Shown: in pieces, positions 57,832 to 64,000 of the stretch | How positions within the stretch are numbered: the stretch's first letter is position 1 | Layout: each line of letters opens with the position of its first letter | DNA from: Halanaerobiales bacterium | GTDB taxonomy: Bacteria > Bacillota > Halanaerobiia > Halanaerobiales > DTU029 | Length of the DNA stretch: 64,000 nt | Reading direction: 5' to 3' | Assembly: GCA_046546395.1 (NCBI GenBank) | Contig: JBKGXW010000001.1 | Span: 29,599-93,598, forward strand | Program-made: the position numbers and the translations under genes | Notes under the pieces: model-generated | Told to the model about the DNA's origin: nothing | The model's input: the letters and a program-made list of their open reading frames with translations, nothing else | Databases searched by the model: none

Positions 57832-57968
57832 TATATTACCCCCTTTTTAGTGTATATTAAAATATATGTGGGGAAAATAAAAATTATCAATAAATATTGA
57901 CATGACAAGCTTCATGCAATATTTGTTGGCACGAAATAAAAAAAAATAGAAAAAAACCTTACATGAAC

Positions 57969-57997
57969 TTGACATAGAGTTACGTATGTTATATAAT
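57969..57997 (+). promoter_or_regulatory. Consensus sigma-A promoter of glnRA
   Basis: TTGACA (57969-57974), a 17-bp spacer, then TATAAT (57992-57997). It lies 60 nt upstream of glnR. A TGTTA...AACA dyad overlaps the -10 element (see the rejected items). Confidence 0.7.
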
Positions 57998-58057
57998 CTA
58001 AACATGAAATGGGAAATGGAAGATTAAAAAAGGATAAAAAGTGAGGTGAGTTAATAT

Positions 58058-58402
58058 ATGGTGGTTAAAAAAAACATACCAATGAGGGTTGTTAAAGAAG
58101 AAACAGGACTTACATCACGACAAATTAGATATTATGATGAAACCGGTCTGGTTTTCCCGGAGAGAACAAAAGGTAATCAGAGATTGTTTTCTGAAGAAGA
58201 TATAAGCCGTATGAAAAAAATAAAATCTCTTTTAGATGAGGGATATACTATTGAAGCTATAAAAAACAAATTAAACCAGCCCAAACCTGTTAAGAGTAAC
58301 TCGGTCAATTTAAAGAGTGATAGATGGAGTAACAGGATAAATAAAGGTGATTTATCATCTAAATTTCCTGTTTCAAATAAATTAAATAAGGCAAAAAAAT
58401 AA
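58058..58402 (+). CDS. glnR: MerR-family nitrogen regulator GlnR
   Basis: MRVVKEETGLTSRQIRYYDETGLVFPERTKGNQRLFSEEDISRMKKIK matches the GlnR/TnrA HTH. It lies directly upstream of glnA. Confidence 0.85.
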   Translation: MVVKKNIPMRVVKEETGLTSRQIRYYDETGLVFPERTKGNQRLFSEEDISRMKKIKSLLDEGYTIEAIKNKLNQPKPVKSNSVNLKSDRWSNRINKGDLSSKFPVSNKLNKAKK

Positions 58403-58425
58403 GAAGAAGCAAGGAGTGAGTAGTC

Positions 58426-59751
58426 ATGTCAATGACAAAAGAAGATATTTTGAGGTTAGCCCAGGAAAAGGATGTTAAGTTTATCAGGATGCAGTTTGTA
58501 GATATTTTAGGGACTATTAAGAATGTGGCAATTACAGTAGAACAATTGCCAACAGCTCTGGATGGAGAGATTATGTTTGATGGTTCATCTATTGAAGGTT
58601 TTACAAGAATCCATGAATCTGACATGTATTTAAAACCTGATTATGAAACCTTTACAATTTTTCCCTGGAAGCCAAAAGAGGGAGCAGTTGCCAGATTAAT
58701 GTGTGATATTTATACACCCGATGGAGAACCTTTCGGTGGTTGTCCTCGCAGTATATTGAAAAAAGTCATCGAAGAAGCTAGAGAAATGGGATATGAAATG
58801 TTCGCGGGACCTGAGCCAGAATTTTTCCTTTTTGAAAAAGATGAGAACGGAGAGCCTACAACAATTACCCATGATAAAGGTGGATATTTTGATTTGTCTC
58901 CTGTTGATCTTGGAGAAAATGCCAGACGCGATATAGTTCTTGCGCTGGAAGAAATGGATTTTGATGTAGAGGCTTCACATCATGAAGTGGCACCAGGGCA
59001 GCATGAGATAGATTTTAAATATGCAGAGGTTTTGAAAACAGCTGATAATATTGCTACTTTTAAATTTGTAACAAAGTCTATAGCAATGCAGCATGGTTTA
59101 CATGCTACATTTATGCCTAAGCCAATCTTTGGAGAAAATGGTTCTGGGATGCATGTACATCAGTCTCTATTTATAGATGGGGAAAATGCTTTCTATGATC
59201 CAGATGATGAAAATGGATTAAGTGAAATCGCCTATTACTATATGGGTGGTATATTAAAACATGCACCAGCTATCGCAGCTATTACTAATCCAATTATTAA
59301 CTCATATAAACGTCTTGTACCGGGTTATGAAGCACCTGTCTATATTTCCTGGTCTGGGAAGAATAGAAGTGCACTTGTAAGGGTTCCTTCTGCCCGCGGA
59401 AATGGTACCAGGATAGAATTGCGTAATCCTGACCCATCAGCCAATCCATACTTAGCTATGGCTGTTATGTTAAAGGCTGGGCTTGATGGTATCAAGAATC
59501 AAATTGAGCCGGGTGAACAGACTACGGAAAATATTTTCGGTATGACACCAGATGAAAGAGCTGCGCGTGGAATTGAGAGTCTGCCAGGAAGTATAATGGA
59601 AGCTGTTGAAAACCTTAGTCAAGATGAAGTAATTAAAGATACTCTTGGCGATCATATATATGAACACTTTGTTGAAGGAAAATTAATAGAGTGGGATGTC
59701 TTTAGAACACAGGTACATGATTGGGAATTGGATCAATACTTAAATATATAA
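58426..59751 (+). CDS. glnA: Glutamine synthetase, type I
   Basis: 441 aa with [33 protein letters not shown] and NPYL motifs. Confidence 0.95.
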   Translation: MSMTKEDILRLAQEKDVKFIRMQFVDILGTIKNVAITVEQLPTALDGEIMFDGSSIEGFTRIHESDMYLKPDYETFTIFPWKPKEGAVARLMCDIYTPDGEPFGGCPRSILKKVIEEAREMGYEMFAGPEPEFFLFEKDENGEPTTITHDKGGYFDLSPVDLGENARRDIVLALEEMDFDVEASHHEVAPGQHEIDFKYAEVLKTADNIATFKFVTKSIAMQHGLHATFMPKPIFGENGSGMHVHQSLFIDGENAFYDPDDENGLSEIAYYYMGGILKHAPAIAAITNPIINSYKRLVPGYEAPVYISWSGKNRSALVRVPSARGNGTRIELRNPDPSANPYLAMAVMLKAGLDGIKNQIEPGEQTTENIFGMTPDERAARGIESLPGSIMEAVENLSQDEVIKDTLGDHIYEHFVEGKLIEWDVFRTQVHDWELDQYLNI

Positions 59752-59812
59752 AATTATTATTTGCTTAAATAGAATTAGATAAGAAGATTTATTTTGTTAA
59801 AAGCCTTCTACC

Positions 59813-59845
59813 ATCCCGGGTCTTATTTAGATCCGGGATTTTTTC
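59813..59845 (+). terminator. Rho-independent terminator of glnRA
   Basis: ATCCCGG-N13-CCGGGAT stem followed by TTTTTT. Confidence 0.8.
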
Positions 59846-60053
59846 TATCTGAATTGTGAATAAGACTGAGGTTGCTAAAAAGATTTAAAGACGTTATAAT
59901 AATTTAATAAAGAAAGTAGCGTTAGTTTCAATATAACGTTTGTATCAGTATATATGTGTGTAATATAGATTATATAGGGGATGCACTGATGGATTTAATA
60001 CTATTTCCTGTCTGGGCTCCTTTGAATTAATCTCATAAGAAAGGAATGTAACA

Positions 60054-61037
60054 ATGAAGATAGGTAAAATGCCTGGAAAAAAACTTGAGGAGATCATACT
60101 AAATAAAATTGAATATAAAAGGAATGATGTACTGGTTCATGCTGGAATAGGAGAAGATTGTTCTGTTGTTGATTTAAAGAATAGTTTACTGGTTATATCT
60201 TCAGATCCTATTACAGGTGCAAGCAAAAACGCGGGGTATCTGGCAGTACATGTGGCATGTAATGATATAGCAGCTGCAGGAGCTGAGCCAATAGGTATTC
60301 AGGTAATATTACTTCTCCCTGAAGAAGTTAAGGAAAAAGAAATTACTAATTTGATGAATGAAATAATCGAAACCGCGGCGGTTATTAATGTTGAGGTTCT
60401 GGGAGGACACACCGAGGTACTATCAGCTGTAAATAAACCGATAATCTGTGTTACAGCAGTAGGAAAGGTCGAAAAGGGAGAGGTTCGTTCGTCTGCAGAC
60501 GCACAACCAGGTGATGATCTTGTAGTTACAAAAGGAGTGGGGATTGAGGGTACCTATATACTTGCAAATGATTATTCTGATTTATTGAAAGACAAAGGTG
60601 TTTCTGAGGATATTATTGAAGAGGCTCTTGGATATAAAAACAAACTTAGTGTAATTAATGAGTCCAGAATAGCTGTCAGTTATGGGGCACATGCCCTACA
60701 TGATATAACTGAGGGCGGGTTATATGGTGCTCTGGAAGAGGTGTCACAGGCTGCCGGGGTCGGTTTTGATCTATATATAGATAGTTTGCCTATAAGCAGA
60801 GAAACAGGGGTAATTTCTGAGGCACTGGATATAGATCCAGCTGGTTTAATATCTTCTGGAAGTATGCTTATAGCTGTACCTGAAAGTGAAAAGCTAATAA
60901 ATGAATTAAAAAAACAGGGAATAACTGCTGCAAAGATTGGGGTATTGACAGAGAAAGAGAAGAACATTATAATTTCCGGTAAGAAAAAAGCTTTCGTCTG
61001 GCCCGAGAAAGATGAATTGTGGAGGTTGATGGAATAA
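60054..61037 (+). CDS. AIR-synthase-related protein (PurM/ThiL/HypE superfamily)
   Basis: GEDCSVVD, SSDPITG, the NDIAAAGAEP dimer-interface motif and LGGHTE. 327 aa, two-domain PurM-like layout. Confidence 0.75.
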   Translation: MKIGKMPGKKLEEIILNKIEYKRNDVLVHAGIGEDCSVVDLKNSLLVISSDPITGASKNAGYLAVHVACNDIAAAGAEPIGIQVILLLPEEVKEKEITNLMNEIIETAAVINVEVLGGHTEVLSAVNKPIICVTAVGKVEKGEVRSSADAQPGDDLVVTKGVGIEGTYILANDYSDLLKDKGVSEDIIEEALGYKNKLSVINESRIAVSYGAHALHDITEGGLYGALEEVSQAAGVGFDLYIDSLPISRETGVISEALDIDPAGLISSGSMLIAVPESEKLINELKKQGITAAKIGVLTEKEKNIIISGKKKAFVWPEKDELWRLME

Positions 61038-61051
61038 TTTCCTTTTTTTTC

Positions 61052-61080
61052 TTGACTTTTGCAAATTTTATATATATAAT
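61052..61080 (+). promoter_or_regulatory. Sigma-A-type promoter upstream of spoVG
   Basis: TTGACT (61052-61057), a 17-bp spacer, then TATAAT (61075-61080). Confidence 0.6.
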
Positions 61081-61113
61081 ACATAATAACAATATATTAA
61101 GGTGGTGGATGTT

Positions 61114-61371
61114 TTGAATATAACTGAAGTAAGGATTTTTCTGACATCACAGACAGGACCGACTAAAGCTTTTGCCAGTGTAACATTTGACGACTCTTTC
61201 GTGATTAAAGATCTAAGAGTTGTAGATGGTAAAAAAGGATTGTTTGTCTCTATGCCGTCTCGTAAAGATAAAAACGGTGAATTTAGAGACATATGTCATC
61301 CCATTAATACTGATACCAGAAATCTTATTCATGATGCTGTAATTGAAAGATACAACCAGGAGATAGCATAA
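61114..61371 (+). CDS. spoVG: Septation/regulatory protein SpoVG
   Basis: (M)NITEVRIFL...AFASVTFDDSFVIKDLRVVDGKKGLFVSMPSRKDKNGEFRDICHPIN aligns with SpoVG from its first residues. The TTG start lies 8 nt after AAGGTGG. Confidence 0.9.
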   Translation: MNITEVRIFLTSQTGPTKAFASVTFDDSFVIKDLRVVDGKKGLFVSMPSRKDKNGEFRDICHPINTDTRNLIHDAVIERYNQEIA

Positions 61372-61444
61372 TTGTAATTTAAAAAGCCAGGAAATATTGC
61401 AAATGAATAATCTTAAAAGATATCACAAATACATACCAAAGTAA

Positions 61445-61477
61445 GGCAGGGACTAAAAGTTTAGTCGCTGTCTTTTT
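61445..61477 (+). terminator. Rho-independent terminator of spoVG
   Basis: GGCAGGGACTAA-AAGT-TTAGTCGCTGTC stem (one mismatch, one G-U pair) followed by TTTTT. Confidence 0.65.
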
Positions 61478-61581
61478 AATATCTATTAGATAGCGAGGGG
61501 GCAATTTGTTCCTTTCTTGACAAAACCCTTTTTCTCTGTTATACTTCTAACGGTTAAGGTTATTATTGAGGGAGTTTTTAG

Positions 61582-62433
61582 ATGAAACCATATGTTATGG
61601 CTGAAGATTTATACCAACACAAACTGGCAGTTATTCTGGGACGAGGAAAAAGGTTGAAAATGCTGCTGCAGCGGTTTCCTACCGAAAAGAAATTTAAAGC
61701 TGCTTCAATAGAGGAAATTGCTGATATAATTGGGATTCGTAATCCCAACTCAAGTATATTGCAGAAACTGGATAAACTGGATGTTACATATGACAGGCTT
61801 GTAACATTTGTAGTTGATCCTGCCTGGAGTAAAAAACCCAGGGCAAGAAGAATCATGGGAATTGATACTGAATATTTAAAAAGTGACCTGGATTCAATCC
61901 AGTATATCATTATGGATGGATTAGAATACATTACATCGGGTATAATATTTACCAACAATTCCATTGCTCATTCTGTCAGTATATCTGATGGGATAAATCA
62001 TTTGAGGGGTACAATAAACAGGTATCAACCGGAGATAATAGTAGGTCATAACTTTAATTCAGATATCTCTATACTGGAATCTGCTTATGGAGATGAATTG
62101 CCTGAACTATATTATTATGATGATACAATGGAATTAATGGCAAATAGCAATCTTTCCAATATTATCGGCAGTTCCAGTCTTAATATTGCTGTTCAAAAAC
62201 TTTTTAATACTGATGTTATTGGATTATTCAATGCTTATAATGATATAAGCTTACTTGTTGAATATGGTATTAAGGATGCGCTTTACCCCCTTTGTATAAG
62301 ATATTTAGTTCTAAATGGTAACATCCCGGAGCTTAATTTTATGCTTAAATTGGGGGATATAATAAAACAGGAAAATCGTCAGTCATTAAAAAATGATGAG
62401 TTTAGTATAAAACTCCAGGAACAGGGAGGATAA
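61582..62433 (+). CDS. DEDD-family 3'-5' exonuclease domain protein with N-terminal helix-hairpin-helix-like region
   Basis: Candidate Exo I MGIDTEY, Exo II VGHNFNSDISIL and Exo III EYGIKDA (DEDDy type). The N-terminal ~90 aa (SIEEIADIIGI) resemble an HhH motif. Confidence 0.6.
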   Translation: MKPYVMAEDLYQHKLAVILGRGKRLKMLLQRFPTEKKFKAASIEEIADIIGIRNPNSSILQKLDKLDVTYDRLVTFVVDPAWSKKPRARRIMGIDTEYLKSDLDSIQYIIMDGLEYITSGIIFTNNSIAHSVSISDGINHLRGTINRYQPEIIVGHNFNSDISILESAYGDELPELYYYDDTMELMANSNLSNIIGSSSLNIAVQKLFNTDVIGLFNAYNDISLLVEYGIKDALYPLCIRYLVLNGNIPELNFMLKLGDIIKQENRQSLKNDEFSIKLQEQGG

Positions 62434-62438
62434 TTCCT

Positions 62439-63791
62439 ATGTCTAATGTTCTTTCCATTATACTGGCAGCAGGTCAGGGCACAAGAATGAAATCTGATAA
62501 AATCAAAGTATTACATCATGTAGCAGGGAAACCCATGATAAAGCATGTTGTTGATGGTATTACTGATTTCAGTTCAAAGATTGTGGTTGTTATTGGTCAC
62601 CAGGGTGATGAAGTAAATGAGTGTCTAGGTAATAATAATGAGATAAAAACTGTAATTCAGGAAAAACAGTTGGGTACCGGGCATGCGGTTATGCAGGCCA
62701 GAAATTATCTTGAAAGTCATTATGGACCAGTTCTTGTTCTCTATGGTGATACACCTCTGTTAAGAGAAGAGACTTTAAAAAGATTTATCGAATTACAGCA
62801 GAGAGAAAAAGCTGCCTGTACAGTTCTTACGGCTCAGATTGACAATCCTGCTGGATATGGTAGAGTTATCAAGAACCAACATGGGTATATTGAAAAGATA
62901 GTAGAAGAAAAAGATGCGAGCAGGCAAGAAAAGGCTGTCAATGAGATAAACAGTGGGGTGTGCTGTTTTGATAGCAGATTACTCCTTGAAGCACTTGATA
63001 ATATAGATAATAATAATGCACAGGGCGAGTATTATTTAACTGACACGATAGGATATTTAACTGATCAGGGAAAAGCTGTTGTTCCTATGCTTATTGAAAA
63101 AAATAGTGAGATTATTGGTATAAATGATAGAGTAAACCTTGCCCGGGCAGAAAAAGTACTGAGAGACCGGAATAACAAAAAACACATGATGAATGGTGTA
63201 ACAATTATTGATCCGAATACCACATATATCGATAGTCAGGTAGAGATCGGGAAGGATACTATTCTTTACCCTTTTACATATCTTGAGGGGAATACAAAAA
63301 TAGGAACTCACTGTACTATTGCTCCACATAGTAGAATAAATGATGGAGAAATAGGAGATTATGTTAATATAAAAGATCATAGCATAGTAATGGAAAGTAA
63401 GATAGGTAATGAAACCAACATTGGTCCTTTTGCATATATAAGACCAGGTTGTAATATTTCGGAACAGGCCAAGATTGGTGACTTTGTTGAGCTCAAAAAA
63501 GCTGAAATTGGGAAAGGAACTAAAGTACCCCATTTGAGTTATGTAGGTGATGCTAGTATTGGTCAGGGGACCAATATTGGTGCAGGAACTATATTTGCAA
63601 ATTATGATGGTCAGGAAAAACACAAAACTACTGTAGGTGACAATGTATTTATCGGAAGTAATACAACATTAATTGCTCCCGTTAAGGTTGATAATAAAGC
63701 GAAAACGGGTGCAGGATCTGTTGTTACCAGAGATATTAAAGAAGGGACTACCGTAGTTGGCGTACCGGCCCATGTATTTAAAAAGGAATAG
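62439..63791 (+). CDS. glmU: Bifunctional UDP-N-acetylglucosamine pyrophosphorylase / glucosamine-1-phosphate N-acetyltransferase
   Basis: ILAAGQGTRMKS, GTGHA and YGDTPL motifs, plus C-terminal left-handed beta-helix hexapeptide repeats. Confidence 0.95.
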   Translation: MSNVLSIILAAGQGTRMKSDKIKVLHHVAGKPMIKHVVDGITDFSSKIVVVIGHQGDEVNECLGNNNEIKTVIQEKQLGTGHAVMQARNYLESHYGPVLVLYGDTPLLREETLKRFIELQQREKAACTVLTAQIDNPAGYGRVIKNQHGYIEKIVEEKDASRQEKAVNEINSGVCCFDSRLLLEALDNIDNNNAQGEYYLTDTIGYLTDQGKAVVPMLIEKNSEIIGINDRVNLARAEKVLRDRNNKKHMMNGVTIIDPNTTYIDSQVEIGKDTILYPFTYLEGNTKIGTHCTIAPHSRINDGEIGDYVNIKDHSIVMESKIGNETNIGPFAYIRPGCNISEQAKIGDFVELKKAEIGKGTKVPHLSYVGDASIGQGTNIGAGTIFANYDGQEKHKTTVGDNVFIGSNTTLIAPVKVDNKAKTGAGSVVTRDIKEGTTVVGVPAHVFKKE

Positions 63792-63810
63792 GGAGGTATA
63801 GGTGAAAATT

Positions 63811-64000
63811 GATGTCTACATATAGTGATAAGTTAAAAATTTTTGCCGGCAATTGTCATCCGAAACTTGCTGAAGAGATTTGTGATTATTTAGGTACAAG
63901 TCTGGTTAGTGCTGAGATTACCCGTTTTAAGGACGGAGAAATTGGAGTAGCTATTGATGAAACAGTCAGGGGAGCAGATGTATTTGTTATACAACCAACC
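63811..64000 (+). CDS. prs: Ribose-phosphate pyrophosphokinase, N-terminal fragment (3' end outside window)
   Basis: MSTYSDKLKIFAGNCHPKLAEEICDYLGTSLVSAEITRFKDGEIGVAIDETVRGADVFVIQPT matches the Prs N-terminus. The ATG follows GGGAGG, and the position after glmU is conserved. Confidence 0.9.

Noticed and set aside
57987-58004. GlnR/TnrA operator TGTTATATAATCTAAACA overlapping the glnRA -10 element
   Set aside because: The dyad is 18 nt, whereas the canonical TGTNA-N7-TNACA site is 17 nt, so the half-site spacing is off by one. It is plausible but not supportable without a position-weight-matrix scan or comparative data.
59880-60053. Possible riboswitch (TPP-like GGGGATGCACTGATGG) upstream of the AIR-synthase-related gene
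   Set aside because: It lacks the CTGAGA and ACCTGATCTGGATAATGCCAGCG core of the THI box. I could not match it to any other riboswitch consensus I know.
63057-63623. 188-aa ORF antisense to glmU
   Set aside because: The sense frame is an unmistakable GlmU left-handed beta-helix. The antisense product has no family features and no RBS.
1-64000. Search for mobile elements, prophage genes, toxin-antitoxin pairs, restriction-modification or other defence systems, CRISPR arrays, rRNA and tRNA
   Set aside because: No translated ORF shows transposase, integrase, recombinase, Cas, methyltransferase-REase or classic TA signatures. No cloverleaf or rRNA-like GC-rich blocks were seen. The nuclease/NTPase-like genes (EEP, DEDD exonuclease, double-P-loop ATPase) are dispersed and not arranged as an operon.

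Overview
This 64-kb window looks like chromosomal DNA from a low-GC, AT-rich Firmicute. I call about 57 protein-coding genes. I found no rRNA, tRNA, CRISPR array, transposase, integrase or recognisable defence genes.

Backbone: the gene order follows the conserved Bacillus-type string rsmA(ksgA)-yabG-veg-...-ispE-...-spoVG-glmU-prs. It is interrupted by about 37 kb of extra genes between veg and ispE, and by about 5 kb between ispE and spoVG (a nucleotidyltransferase gene, a tandem repeat array, an ATPase gene, glnRA and an AIR-synthase-like gene). An exonuclease gene also sits between spoVG and glmU.

Content from left to right:
- transaldolase 3' end
- comA/comB (sulfolactate branch)
- an arabinose operon (araM-araR-araD-araA-kinase)
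- an ACT/UPF0210 gene pair
- an MFS transporter
- the rsmA-DUF458-yabG-veg block
- a serine protease/GH18/GT2-TPR operon
- a large phosphate block: Na/Pi cotransporter, phoPR, an OmpM-type SLH porin, an EAL-CBS phosphodiesterase, pstSCAB-phoU, with 11-bp-periodic Pho-box arrays
- a MocR regulator and manA
- a PspC/toastrack/CAP-domain cluster
- three paralogous multi-module DUF3794 (SipL-like) genes, two ending in LysM
- a Ca2+/H+ antiporter, a LysM L,D-transpeptidase and an EEP nuclease/phosphatase
- cyanophycinase and cyanophycin synthetase
- ispE and a MobA-like nucleotidyltransferase
- a 3 x 119-bp tandem repeat
- a double-P-loop ATPase, glnRA and an AIR-synthase-like gene
- spoVG, an HhH-DEDD exonuclease, glmU and the prs 5' end

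The SLH-porin together with the sporulation genes suggests a diderm, spore-forming, possibly halophilic lineage (Halanaerobiales-like). That is inference only.

The most interesting signals are:
- the DUF3794/LysM island with sigma-K-like promoters
- the 119-bp structured tandem repeat that overlaps a stop codon
- a 62-bp direct repeat with mutually exclusive hairpins upstream of yabG
- the phosphate supercluster that includes a c-di-GMP phosphodiesterase

All homology calls rest on my recognition of motifs in the supplied translations. Motif coordinates were indexed by hand and may be off by 1-2 nt.
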